Positions 40,357-53,446 of a stretch of DNA of 64,000 nt are shown piece by piece; within the stretch, counting starts at the first letter, position 1; each line of letters begins with the position of its first letter. The translations under genes were made by a program, and so were the position numbers. A model generated the notes under the pieces. That model was not told the DNA's origin. It did not search any database and saw only the letters and a program-made list of their open reading frames with translations. Origin of the DNA: an uncultured Holophagales bacterium (lineage in GTDB: Bacteria > Acidobacteriota > Thermoanaerobaculia > Multivoradales > UBA5704); contig CAWJGT010000009.1 in NCBI GenBank assembly GCA_963842525.1, positions 768,001-832,000 on the forward strand. Reading direction: 5' to 3'.

Positions 40357-41877
40357 GTGTCGACCGAGCGAAGCGCAGCATGTTCCATAGCTGCTCTCAT
40401 GGTCTTTGGGGTCTTCCTGCTCCTCAGCTCATGCAAACCCAGCGCGGACGAATTACTTAGCTGGTCGCTGCCCACCGACCTGCCTGAGCACCAGACCCAT
40501 CTCAAGTTCCTCTACCTGCCGTCTGGGGTGAAGCGCCTCGACTGGCTGGCCCCAAACCTCGAGCACCTTGTCGCCCGGGGGGCTACCGCCGAAGGCCTCG
40601 CGGGCCTGCCCGAGGGACTCATCAGCCTCGATGTCGCTTATAGCCAAGTCCGGCAAATCGGGGCCCTTCCTCCCTCTTTGAGAAGGCTGGACCTCCGGTT
40701 CTCCGACGTCACAGACCTGCACGGCCTCCCAGTTGGAATCCAGTGGCTCGCTCTAGGAGGACCTCGCATCAAGTCTTTGGCAGGGGTCTCATCGTCAGTA
40801 CGCGAGCTGGTCTTGGAGGAGGCGCCCGCCTTACGGGGCCTCGAGAACCTTCCCCGCTCCCTCGAGGCCCTAACCCTGATCGGAGCGAGCTTCAACGATA
40901 TGATCGGAGCGCGCTTCAACGACCTCGGCGGCCTCCCGCCATCTCTGCGTAACCTTGAGCTTGATGGGACCCGCATTACGGAGCTCGCCGCCCTCCCGAA
41001 CTCTCTGCATCGTCTTGTGCTCAGAAACAACAGCCAGCTCCGTGGCGGCTCTGTATTACCTCGGTTTTTGACCAGCTTGACCGTTGACAATTACAGCGTC
41101 GGCAATCTTGCCAGCCTGCTTTATCTCACCGAGCTGGAGGTCAGCGGCAGGCCACTAGAGGAACAGCCGCTGCCGCCCTCCCTTCGCTCGCTCCGCCTCC
41201 ATAGGGTGCCTCTACCGCAAGACTTGCAAGAGCTTCGATCGCTCCGCAGCCTCGCGGTGGTTTGGCGCGGGGTGGACGATTTCGCCTCTCTGCCCCCCGC
41301 GCTCGAAACCCTGGAGCTGGAGTGGTCGAGCCTGCCCGAGCTCTCGGAATGCCCAGAGACGTGGAAACGTTTGAAGCATCTGAATCTCAGCTCCTCCGTT
41401 TTGAAGAGTCTCCCTCCGCTCCCTCTGGGGCTGGAGAGCCTTGACCTCAGCGCGACCGGCATTGCACAACTCGACGCCTTGAACGTAACGAAAATCAAGA
41501 ACCTCCGTTTCCGACAGGCGCCCTTCTCCATGCTACCCGAATTGCCAGAGACTCTTGAGTCTCTTGATCTGGCATATTCGCCAGACCTGCAGCAGGTCGC
41601 AAAGTGGCCGAATCGATTGGAAACACTGAACATCAGTTATACCAGAATCACCAGCCTGCAGGGTCTGCCATCATCGCTCAAGGTCCTCGACATCCGAGGA
41701 ACTCCGATTCACTCCCTTGCGGAGCTGCCTCAAGATCTCGGACTCGAGCGACTCATCCTGAGTCCGGGACAGTTTACGAAGCTCGATGGGCTGCCGGAGT
41801 CCGTCACCGCTCTCTGCTTTTTCGATCCTATTGGCACGGAGGAGGAGCAGTCGGAACCCGATTGCGGCCGGGAATGA
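40357..41877 (+). CDS. Leucine-rich-repeat lipoprotein
   Basis: AGGAGG then GTG; lipobox-like LLLSSC; many LPxxLxxLxL repeats. Confidence 0.85.
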   Translation: MSTERSAACSIAALMVFGVFLLLSSCKPSADELLSWSLPTDLPEHQTHLKFLYLPSGVKRLDWLAPNLEHLVARGATAEGLAGLPEGLISLDVAYSQVRQIGALPPSLRRLDLRFSDVTDLHGLPVGIQWLALGGPRIKSLAGVSSSVRELVLEEAPALRGLENLPRSLEALTLIGASFNDMIGARFNDLGGLPPSLRNLELDGTRITELAALPNSLHRLVLRNNSQLRGGSVLPRFLTSLTVDNYSVGNLASLLYLTELEVSGRPLEEQPLPPSLRSLRLHRVPLPQDLQELRSLRSLAVVWRGVDDFASLPPALETLELEWSSLPELSECPETWKRLKHLNLSSSVLKSLPPLPLGLESLDLSATGIAQLDALNVTKIKNLRFRQAPFSMLPELPETLESLDLAYSPDLQQVAKWPNRLETLNISYTRITSLQGLPSSLKVLDIRGTPIHSLAELPQDLGLERLILSPGQFTKLDGLPESVTALCFFDPIGTEEEQSEPDCGRE

Positions 41878-41884
41878 TACCCTG

Positions 41885-43904
41885 ATGAGCGACTTGGACA
41901 AGACGACTGAGGAGCTGATCCCCTCGATCAACGACTCAGCCAAGCACGTCACCAACATCACCATCACGTTTCTAGCGACCTGTATCTACATCGCGATCGC
42001 AGTGGCCTCGACTCGTAACGAGATGCTGTTGCTGGGGAGCGACATCACGCTGCCTCTGCTCAATGTCAAGGTGCCGCTCCTGCAGTTCTACTGGCTGGCT
42101 CCGTTCCTAATCGCGCTCCTGCACCTGCATCTTCGCCTGCAGGAGTACTTTCTCTTCTGCAAGCTCGAGCCGCTCGAGCTACTTGAACCTTCCTCGATCC
42201 GAAAGGTCGCTCTGCATCTCTTCCCGGCCCTGCCGGTGAACAGCTATCTCGGATACGCGGCCAAGACCTATCGTTCGAGCGTGCGGATCATTCTACGCAT
42301 TCTCCGATATCTGGTCCAGCAAGTCTTGCCTCTCGCCCTCCTCTGTGGAATCCAACTGCGGTTCCTCCCCTATCACTCAACCGCGACAACCGCCGTTCAC
42401 CAGATGCTGGTGATCGCGGATGTCTTGCTGATCTCCTACTATGCACGCAAGCTCTCGCTGCTCCGCAAGGTCCATCCCCCGGCGGATGGACGCATGCTGT
42501 CGCACCTGCGAAACTGGGTGCGACGGATCTTTCTCTCCACAGTTTCGGTGTTCTCGCTCCTCTTAGCCGTCGTCCCGGGGACTTCGATCGAATCGCTGCT
42601 TGGACGACCGCTGCCCTTGGCTCACCGGCTTCCACGCAACCTCTCCCTCTCCGAGAGCCGGTTTCCTGAAGGGATCAACCTAAGAGGGCGTGACCTTCGG
42701 GGCGCTGATTTCACGGAGGCCTACTTGGTCGGAGCCGACCTGCGGGGGGCCGATTTGCGGGATGCCATCCTCGTCCATGCCGATGTGCGTGGGGCAAAGC
42801 TCATGCCTGCTGGCCTTTCGTCGAGCGACAGGAGCCTTCTATCGATCAAAGAAGCTGCCCAAGATATGGAAAGCCACACCCGACTCGACGGTGCCCAACT
42901 CCGTGAGGCCGATCTACGTGGAGCGAATCTGATCCTGGCCAATCTGTCGCACGCTCAGTTTGACGACGCCAACCTCGCTGAGGCCGTGATGATCGGCGCC
43001 ATGATGTCCAATGCCTTGCTTCGCCGCACTGACTTGCGCGGTGCAGAGCCTCTCCCGCAGCCAGCTCGATTTCGCCCAACTCATGGGGGCTGATATGGCC
43101 GGAGCCAGTCTTCCCTTCGCCTCGCTTGTGGGAGCCAATTTGAGAGATGCACGTCTAGAGGGTGCCGATCTGCGCAACGCATTCCTTCAGGGTACGAATT
43201 TTGCGCGCGCCCATTTGGAGGCGGCTTTGTTCGAGACACCCAACAACGAAGCGGCCGATCCTGGGGGGCCGAAGACCACGGGAGCGGATTTCCGTGATGC
43301 TTGGCTTCAGGGGGCTTCAGGGTTGTCTCTGAACGGTTCCAGCCTACGCTTCGCCAGACTCGCCGGCATCGACTTCTGCAAGCCCGCGGTCCTGCTGGCA
43401 CTCACCGACTTGCGGGGGGTCAATTTCGAAGCGCCGGCTAATTGGGACACTATTTGGAAGAGGGTGCCTGCCGGCCCAGCGCTCCAGCGAATCCGGAGAG
43501 CACGCCAACACTTCCAGAAAGAGGGAGCTGCACCCTGCCTGCCGTCGGAGGTTGCTCACCGGCGCCTGCTCTATGACGAGAAGCCTCGTCCCGACCCGAT
43601 AAAAGATTGGCCTCCCTTAAGCGAGGCGGGGGTCGGGGATACCTCTATACCCTGGAATGAAGACACATTCTTCTCCCAACTGGCCGAGTTGCTGACGAAG
43701 GAAGCGTGCACCAACCAAGGCCTTGCCCTAGCGATGGCCCTTCGCGCAATCGAAGGCTACGATCCTGCCGACGATCTCCTCAATTGGTACTTGGCAAAGG
43801 AGCTTCAACAGAACGCAACGAACCCGAGCTGCAAAGCAGTCGCTGAGCTGCCGGAGCTTCACAAGGAGCGGATCGCCGAGAAGGCGGCAGAGACAAGACC
43901 TTAA
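41885..43904 (+). CDS. Membrane protein with pentapeptide repeats, frameshifted near 43048
   Basis: N-terminal TM block; A(D/N)LxG repeats continue across the two ORFs once one extra C is removed. Confidence 0.82.
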
Positions 43905-43957
43905 TTCATATCAGGCCTGGGGCAGTTCGTCATATGCCTTGAGGCGAAAGACCGACC

Positions 43958-44206
43958 TTCAAGTGGACCGCCAGCGGCTTCACCGCCAGAACATGGTTGC
44001 AGAACGCCCGGGAGGCTTTCTCAAGCTCCGCGTTGGTACCCTCCGATCCAGAGTGGGGCACGGCCGGCCTCGGCCGAGATCTGCTCGAGATCCTTGTGGG
44101 TCACGGTCTAAACGGCGAGGCTCGCGATTCGGATCCTCCCTTCGTCCTAGAACTCGTCGAGCCAGTTCAGATCGGCCCGCCTCCCGAACAACTCGCTCCC
44201 GGTGGC
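43958..44206 (-). pseudogene. Decayed remnant of a STAND (NB-ARC-like) NTPase gene
   Basis: Broken peptides ATGSELFGRRADLNWLDEF*DEGRIRIASL, DLEQISAEAGRA, GTNAELEKASRAFCNHVLAV resemble pre-P-loop and HD1 segments. Confidence 0.5.
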
Positions 44207-44452
44207 CCGCGCCCATTGCGGCCCTTGACCCAGGGGCTGGCACGGATCTGGTATACGCCTTCCCTCCGGAGGTAGAATTCGCTTCTCACTCCTGAGTGTG
44301 GCCGGCTCAAGGTTGGGGGGAATTTGAGTCTCGGGGACTCGGTTTTCTTTCGCGCAGGACCAACAAGCCACTTGGCGTCCCAGGGTCCGGCACCGTGGCG
44401 GATCGGCGCGTGCCGCTCCCTCCCGGAAGTCCAGAGGGACAGGAGAACTGAA

Positions 44453-47035
<2,583 letters not shown>

Positions 47036-47061
47036 TCGGGCAGAGCTACTCCAGACACACC

Positions 47062-47094
47062 AACGGCCGGCGCCTCACAGCGCCGGCCGTTTTT
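47062..47094 (+). terminator. Rho-independent terminator of lon
   Basis: AACGGCCGGCGC-loop-GCGCCGGCCGTT followed by a T run. Confidence 0.85.
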
Positions 47095-47135
47095 GTATGG
47101 AACGTGGGCTCTCACCACGGAAGCTTGCTCTTGCG

Positions 47136-47190
47136 TTCCCCCTCTCCCGGTCGGGGGGAGAGCGATGGGAGAGGGGGCCAGGGGGTGAGG
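47136..47190 (-). repeat. REP-like element, same family as 33235-33384
   Basis: CCCCCTCTCCC..GGGAGAGGGGGCCAGGGGGTGAGG. Confidence 0.75.
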
Positions 47191-47191
47191 T

Positions 47192-47920
47192 TTACATGTT
47201 CCAGGAGATCCCGAACGCGTACTCCCGGCCCGACAGGTCGATCTCCCCCCCGAAGCTCTCGAAGTCGCCGCTCAAATCATCCTTGGCTGTCGTCCAGCGC
47301 CCCTCCGCATAGAGCGACACCCGATCCGTGATCGGCGCCTCCAGGCCGGCCATCCAGTAGTGGCCGAAAGCGACTCCGTCCGACTCCAGACGGGCCGAGA
47401 AGACCTCGTCCGGATTGGGACCGAAGTCGATGAAGTCGCCGTCCTCCTCCAGAGTCCAGAAGTAAGCGCCACCGCCGAATCCCAGATACGGATTGATCAC
47501 CCCGTCCGGGGAGAACTGGAAGACCACGCCGACAGTCGCCGAGGCGATGCCGAACGTGGTGTCGTGCTGGATGCGGTCGCCGAAGTTGTCGAGGAAGCCC
47601 CGGTAGGACTGGGTGTTGTCCCCCTCGTAGACGCTGCCCGAGAAGAGCAGGCCGGTACGGCGGTTGAGGCTCAGCAGGTAGTCGGCGCCGAAGGAGACGT
47701 TCTCGAAATCGTCGACGTCACCGGTGAAGTCGAGCTCCTTGTCGAACCAATACTCCGAATCCCCTTCCGGCAGGAACGATCCCAGCCGCAGGCGGAAAGC
47801 CGCGTCGCGGTCGCCGACCCCGCGGCTGCGGTACGACTGTCCCCAGGCCGGCGCTACAGCAGCAAGCAGGCCCATCAATACGATCGTCATGCGTAGAGTT
47901 CTTGCCGTTCTCATTGTCAT
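47192..47920 (-). CDS. Outer-membrane beta-barrel protein (OmpA/OmpW-like)
   Basis: Signal peptide; PYLGFGGG; amphipathic C-terminal strand YAFGISWNM. Confidence 0.8.
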   Translation of the reverse strand: MTMRTARTLRMTIVLMGLLAAVAPAWGQSYRSRGVGDRDAAFRLRLGSFLPEGDSEYWFDKELDFTGDVDDFENVSFGADYLLSLNRRTGLLFSGSVYEGDNTQSYRGFLDNFGDRIQHDTTFGIASATVGVVFQFSPDGVINPYLGFGGGAYFWTLEEDGDFIDFGPNPDEVFSARLESDGVAFGHYWMAGLEAPITDRVSLYAEGRWTTAKDDLSGDFESFGGEIDLSGREYAFGISWNM

Positions 47921-48111
47921 CTCCTCTAAGAGCCCAATGCTCTACATGGCGCTTTGAGCAACGAGGATGCCAGGACCGGGAATAATTCCGGCTGAGCTGC
48001 CAAGTATCTTTTTTTTCAGAAGGATGGACCGAAGGGCTGGCGCCGGTGACCCGAGGGAGGAGTCGCGAAGTGACCTCTCCAGAGGACGGCGTCCTCCTCG
48101 ATTCGCACAGC

Positions 48112-49695
48112 CTACGGGCGGTTCGGGGCCAGCACGGCGTGACGGCCGTTCCTGGTGCTCAGCGCACTCAACAGCGAGCCTGCCAGCGTCAAAACGACGC
48201 CCCAGAGCACGGCGCTTTCCAAACCCAGCCCCATCCTGGAAACGACGATCGCAAGAGCACCGGCGCCGGCCAGATAAAACCCGCTCATTCGACGCGTCGA
48301 GCGCCCTCGGAGCCAGACGCTGGCAAGGTTGATCAGTAGCACGGCGACGAGCACCGGCTGCAGCCACGGAGAGTACGGAATCTGCTCCAGGCCTGCGATG
48401 CCGAACATGCTCAGATATGCGGCCCAACAGATCGGGCACTTCGGGAAGAACGCCACGCCGAGGGACGCGAGCGTGCCGAGCAACGGCGAGGCTGCCTTGG
48501 GGCGGGCCGGAGGGTCTGCTCGCTCCGGAGCACTTTTCTCCTTCAGCACCTCGATGGCGCGATCCACAAGCTGCTGCTCATCCCAGTGGATGCGTTCGAA
48601 GGATGCAGCGATCCGGCCCTCGGCATCAAGGATGTAGGCCTCGATGCGGTGCCGGTTCACCAGCGACTCGATGAAGTTGACTCCGAGCTTGAAGTGGCTG
48701 CGCAGTGCGCCGATACCATCGGTCGCTCTCAGTATTCGATGACAGGCGTCCATGTGGACGCCACGGCCCTGCCCATAGCGGCGAAGACGTTCGGGGAGGT
48801 CGTACGTGGGATCGTAGGTGATCGCCGCTGTGTGGATCTGGTCGGCCAGCCCCTGTTCCTCCAATAGCTTCTGGACCCGTGCCAGCTTCGTGACCGTGAG
48901 CGAGCACTTCAGCGGGTTGTCACAGCGGGTGTAGAAAAAGACGACGATGGAAGGATGCCCTCGGAAGAAATCCTTGAAGATGATCGACGCACCCTCGTGA
49001 TCCTCGAAAACGGTCGCCTCGATCGGCTCACAGCCGCGGCGGGAGCCGAGCGCCCATGAAAACGTATTGCTGAGACCGCCCGGCAGCGTACAGCACGAGC
49101 CGGCGCCGAGCTCATCCACTTGATCGCCGCCGCGGATTGCCTCCACGGCCCGGTCTACATCCACCAGCAGCTTCCTGGAGAGCCCTCCAGGTTGTGCGCG
49201 CAGCGACTGGACCTCAGGCAAGACTTCCCGTGCGTGCGGACCGAGCCATGCCAGCGTCGCGAGCAATTCACGAACAGGGCTCGTGCCGGTGGACGAGACG
49301 GCGTATTCACCATACGTCTCGAAGGCCACCGGCTCGTCGTGATAGCGGATGTTGTTGAGCGCGCGCATCACGAAGGGAGCGAACGCCACGGCAGGATTTG
49401 GATAGGACCGCAATGCGCGCGCGGCTGCGGCGACAAGATACGCATCAACTCCGGCGTCGAGCTCTTCGAGCACGAAGAGGAGAGCGGCGTCCGAGAGCCC
49501 GGCGCGCGCCAGGGCGAGCAGGACCCAGCCGCGCATTCGGACGGTCGTTGCTGTGCCGCGCTGGTCGTAGAGCGGATGATCTTCGCGCAACAGGTCTGTC
49601 AGTTGCTCGCGTCGATCCGGATCCGCGGCGAGCGCGTCAACCAGTGCCGCAAACTGCGCCTCTGACTGCGCGCCCGTCGCTGCTACGTCCTTCAT
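48112..49695 (-). CDS. SCO-family copper chaperone with N-terminal HEAT-like and C-terminal TM (CPxC) regions
   Basis: FFYTRCDNPLKC, ITYDPTYD, NRHR; FFPKCPICW followed by TM helices. Confidence 0.8.
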   Translation of the reverse strand: MKDVAATGAQSEAQFAALVDALAADPDRREQLTDLLREDHPLYDQRGTATTVRMRGWVLLALARAGLSDAALLFVLEELDAGVDAYLVAAAARALRSYPNPAVAFAPFVMRALNNIRYHDEPVAFETYGEYAVSSTGTSPVRELLATLAWLGPHAREVLPEVQSLRAQPGGLSRKLLVDVDRAVEAIRGGDQVDELGAGSCCTLPGGLSNTFSWALGSRRGCEPIEATVFEDHEGASIIFKDFFRGHPSIVVFFYTRCDNPLKCSLTVTKLARVQKLLEEQGLADQIHTAAITYDPTYDLPERLRRYGQGRGVHMDACHRILRATDGIGALRSHFKLGVNFIESLVNRHRIEAYILDAEGRIAASFERIHWDEQQLVDRAIEVLKEKSAPERADPPARPKAASPLLGTLASLGVAFFPKCPICWAAYLSMFGIAGLEQIPYSPWLQPVLVAVLLINLASVWLRGRSTRRMSGFYLAGAGALAIVVSRMGLGLESAVLWGVVLTLAGSLLSALSTRNGRHAVLAPNRP

Positions 49696-49706
49696 GGATC
49701 GCCAGC

Positions 49707-50552
49707 TTACCGGCCGTACTTGCTGAGGAACCGGCGAGCGCCCTGTTTGACCTTCGTCGAAGCTTCGCCCTTCAGGCGATCGACGCGCTTCAGCAACGCC
49801 TCGTCCTTGGCAACCGCTTCGTCGTCGCCGAACTGTGTGAGCGCTGTCAGGCTCATCGCTTGAACCTCGTCCTGCTCCGACGTGTCGAGCAGGATTTCGC
49901 GCGCATGCGCCTGAAGCTTCTCCGGCTTGAGAGCATGCAGCGCGGAGGCCGAGATCTGCCGGATCTCGGGCGATTCGTCTTTGTCGAGCAAGATCTTCTC
50001 GAACATCGGCGCGGCGGTGGCGTCCGCCGCGAGCAATCGCAAGGCCTCTCGCCTGGCGGTGGCGTTGGGTGGCTTGCTGACGATCTCACGCGCGACCGGA
50101 TAGGCGTCCGCGTGGATGTCATAGCTGAGGAGCTGCAGTGCCTTCTCGGGCGGGACCAACGCTTTTTCCGGGTTCTGCAGCCCCTCGAGGAGTTTCTTCT
50201 GCGCGAAGCCGTCGTTCTCCCGGGCGAGGATGCCGAGCACGCGCTGACGCAGTTCCGGATCCGGGTCTTTCACGATCTCTCGTAAGGTCGCGATGTAGTC
50301 GCCGCGGCACGATTCGAACACAAGGACGCTGAAGCTCGCCGCCTGGAGCGCTTGCAACGCCGCAAGCCGCACCTCCACGGGCTCGTCCTGATTGCGCAGG
50401 ACACCCAGTGTCGCCTGGAGGTTCTCGTCGTTCTCACACACGGCCAGGGGCGCTTCCACCATGGCCGCGACTCGTTCCTTGACAGACCTCCCTGCACTTG
50501 TCGGCTTGCGTGCCGGTTTCGAGCTCTTTACAGCTTTACGTTTCGTGGCCAT
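49707..50552 (-). CDS. HEAT-repeat protein
   Basis: EVRLAALQAL, DPELRQRVLGILA, EIRQISASAL. Confidence 0.75.
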   Translation of the reverse strand: MATKRKAVKSSKPARKPTSAGRSVKERVAAMVEAPLAVCENDENLQATLGVLRNQDEPVEVRLAALQALQAASFSVLVFESCRGDYIATLREIVKDPDPELRQRVLGILARENDGFAQKKLLEGLQNPEKALVPPEKALQLLSYDIHADAYPVAREIVSKPPNATARREALRLLAADATAAPMFEKILLDKDESPEIRQISASALHALKPEKLQAHAREILLDTSEQDEVQAMSLTALTQFGDDEAVAKDEALLKRVDRLKGEASTKVKQGARRFLSKYGR

Positions 50553-50578
50553 GGTGCAATCTCCTCGTGCAAGGCACG

Positions 50579-51811
50579 TCAGGCAAATGCCACATCATCG
50601 TAGTCGAATCCCAGGCGGGAGACGGCGCTCACGGAGCCTTGGAAATCCAGGCAGTCCCGCACTCGCGGTTGTGGCCCCGGCGCAGTGGCGCCTGGCGACG
50701 CGGCCATCGCGCCGCCGGGGGCCGTCGGAGGACGTGTGCCTCCGGTCAGACCGTTCCATGGCCACATCGTGTCGGGCAGGTTGTGTCCGAGCCGGCTTGG
50801 GGGGGTGGTGCTGTCGTAGGAGGCCGCCAGCGCCGGATTGAAGCGGCCATTCTGTCGCTGCCACTTCGCCCAGAGCCGATCGACGTTGCAGTGAAGCAGG
50901 AAGAACAGCGGATCTCGCGCGGCGGTCGGAATACTGGAGATGGAGCCGCCGAAGCTGACGTGTGCTGATCCGTGCGGGTTGCCTTCCAGGGTCCGGAACA
51001 ATCTGTATTGAGTGCCGAGAGCCAGCGTCTGCGCCTCGGTCCGGAGGCCGGGCGGTGCCACGGTGGTGCTGAAGAAGGGCCGGCGGTTGATCCCCTGAAC
51101 GCCGTCGGTCCGCCAGAACTGCAGCGGGTTGGTGGCGCTGAACTGGACGGTGCCGATCGAATCGGAGACGCCGAGGAACTCGCGCCTGAAGATATTTGGC
51201 GCGGCCTGGTCGAAGCGCCAGTAAGGCAGCGACACGCTCGGGTCGATCGCTTGCAACTCGCGCTCGAGGTCGAGCAGATAGGCGCGGTGCCAGGGCAGAA
51301 ACCCCGGCGCGCCATGGGCCTGCGGCGAGCTCACGGACGTATGCATCTCGCGGAAGTCCACGAAACGACCCAGACCCTGGTTGTTGAGCTGCGCCAACGC
51401 CGCCACGAAGCGGTCGCGCTCTCCGGGCGTCAGTGCGTTGGCGTTCTTCCGGACGCGCACCATCACCTGGACCGAGCCGACCAGGGTGGTTCCAACGCGG
51501 GCTTCGATTCTCACGTCTCCGTTGTTGACGCTGGGACGCCCGAACCTGCCGGCACCGAAGAACGGAACGGAGGCGCCGGTAATTGGGATCGGCACTGTCA
51601 CATTATTGGAAAACGATCCCGTCGCGGTCCTGCGGAACACGACCGCGCCAGCGCTCGCCGCCGAGACCCCGGTGATCTGCACGTTGACAACAGGCGAGGT
51701 GGCGCCGGACGGGTTGGTCATGCGGATCCGGCATGGAGACGGAGCCCACGAGACGAAGCGCGCTGCGGGGCTCGTGCTGTTGTTGATCTGCAACTCGACA
51801 TTCATGATCAT
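50579..51811 (-). CDS. Tyrosinase-family binuclear copper protein
   Basis: CuA MH..AHGAPGFLPWHR; LPYW; CuB PHGSAH..DPLFFLLHCNVDRLW. Confidence 0.92.
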   Translation of the reverse strand: MIMNVELQINNSTSPAARFVSWAPSPCRIRMTNPSGATSPVVNVQITGVSAASAGAVVFRRTATGSFSNNVTVPIPITGASVPFFGAGRFGRPSVNNGDVRIEARVGTTLVGSVQVMVRVRKNANALTPGERDRFVAALAQLNNQGLGRFVDFREMHTSVSSPQAHGAPGFLPWHRAYLLDLERELQAIDPSVSLPYWRFDQAAPNIFRREFLGVSDSIGTVQFSATNPLQFWRTDGVQGINRRPFFSTTVAPPGLRTEAQTLALGTQYRLFRTLEGNPHGSAHVSFGGSISSIPTAARDPLFFLLHCNVDRLWAKWQRQNGRFNPALAASYDSTTPPSRLGHNLPDTMWPWNGLTGGTRPPTAPGGAMAASPGATAPGPQPRVRDCLDFQGSVSAVSRLGFDYDDVAFA

Positions 51812-52065
51812 GCCCTCCTATCCGCTGTTGCTGTAAGGGGATCCGCGTCGGCGCGAGCGGCGAAATCTACCTCAGCAGGCCTCAGCAGGCCCTGTCCAGT
51901 GAGACCAAACCTTTGCTATACGGGTCGATATGTGCATGTTGGCTTTGTGTTTTAGGCTATACAAATACTAGCAGGCCAGGAAAGAAGAGGTCAAGCTCTT
52001 GGGGACGCGACTGATACTGAAGCGCCCTGGCCCCTCTGGCTGTTGTTCGGAGGTATGATCGACGC

Positions 52066-53397
52066 ATGGGCTGCCGCGCCTTCCTGCCCGGCCTCGTCGC
52101 ATTGGGCCTGACCCTGGTTTCGGCTGGTGGTTCCGTCGAGGCCAAGGGTCCCTCGGAGGACCGGCGGGTGGACTGGTTGCGCAACGAGGCCATCGCGCTG
52201 CGTTCGATCGAGCCCGGCGACGAAAACTTCTCGGACCTCGAGCCGCTACGCTCCCTGCTCGCCAACAAGCGGGTCGTCGTCCTGGGGGAAGCCACCCACG
52301 GCGACGGTGCCACGTTCCTTGCCAAGAGCCGCCTCATCCGCTTCCTGCACCGGGAGCTGGGTTTCGACGTGCTCGCCTTCGAGAGCGGCTTCTACGATTG
52401 CTGGAAGGCCTGGCAGCGGATCGAGGCCGGAGATGACCCGGCGGCGGCGTTCCGTCAGTCCGTCTTCCCGATCTGGACGCGGAGCGCTCAGGTGCAACCC
52501 CTGATCGCCTATTTCGCGGCGACGGCCCGCTCGCAGCGGCCCCTGGAGCTGGCCGGAATCGACTCCCAGTTCACCGGCGAGATGTCCCACCGTTTCCTGC
52601 TCAGCGACCTGGTGCGGGTCGCCGAGGCCGCGGGACTGCCGGGGGACAAGTGGGCTGCACGGGTCTCCGAGCCCCTGGCCAATCTCGTCGAGGGTCGCTA
52701 CGAGAACGGCGAGATCCCGCCGCCGGCGGCCCGCGCCGAGCTTCTCCAGGCGCTCGACGAGCTCGCCCGGCGCCTGCGCGAGAGCGGAGGCGGCATTCCC
52801 GACCAGGGCTTCTGGCTGCGCTTCCTCGAGAACACCCGCCAGCTCGCCACGACGTCGTGGTCCTTCGACTGGAAACGGCCGGTGCTGGAAAATCCGGAAA
52901 ACCACGCGGTCCGGGATCGCCTCATGGGAGAGACCCTGGCGTGGCTGGCCCGGCACCGCTTCGCCGGCCGCAAGATCGTGGTCTGGGCAGCGAGCGGCCA
53001 TGCCGCCCGGGAGGTCGCCGGGATCGATGTCCCGTCGGCGGTCCACACCCGGCTTTACCGCACCTTGCAACCGATGGGCGCCGTGGCCCGAGGCGAGTTG
53101 GGGGAGGATCTGTACACCGTCGCGGTTCTCGCCTACCAGGGCAGGTACGGCTCGGTCCCCCAGCGCCAGCCTATCGAGCTCCTGCAACCGAGCGCCGGCT
53201 CCCTGGAGGATCTCTTCCACCGCACCGGCCTGCCGTACGCCTTTCTCGATCTCAGCCGGACCCGCCGCCTGCCCGGATGGCTTCGGGAACCTCTGATCGC
53301 CCGCCCGATCGGGTACAAGGAGATGAAGGCCCGATGGGGACGGGTGTTTGACGCCATCCTCTTTCTCGACCGGATGGCGGTGAGCGAGCGGCCGTAG
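52066..53397 (+). CDS. Erythromycin esterase family protein (secreted)
   Basis: Signal peptide; VVLGEATHG, LAFES, RDRLM, KIVVWAASGH, FDAILF. Confidence 0.9.
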   Translation: MGCRAFLPGLVALGLTLVSAGGSVEAKGPSEDRRVDWLRNEAIALRSIEPGDENFSDLEPLRSLLANKRVVVLGEATHGDGATFLAKSRLIRFLHRELGFDVLAFESGFYDCWKAWQRIEAGDDPAAAFRQSVFPIWTRSAQVQPLIAYFAATARSQRPLELAGIDSQFTGEMSHRFLLSDLVRVAEAAGLPGDKWAARVSEPLANLVEGRYENGEIPPPAARAELLQALDELARRLRESGGGIPDQGFWLRFLENTRQLATTSWSFDWKRPVLENPENHAVRDRLMGETLAWLARHRFAGRKIVVWAASGHAAREVAGIDVPSAVHTRLYRTLQPMGAVARGELGEDLYTVAVLAYQGRYGSVPQRQPIELLQPSAGSLEDLFHRTGLPYAFLDLSRTRRLPGWLREPLIARPIGYKEMKARWGRVFDAILFLDRMAVSERP

Positions 53398-53446
53398 CCT
53401 GGATTCATCACGGCTGCTCTTTTCGGCTGGACGGGGACGATATGAT

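Noticed and set aside
52066-53397. Macrolide-resistance gene (ereA/ereB)
   Set aside because: Only family-level motifs are visible; the signal peptide and context suggest a general esterase, so resistance cannot be claimed
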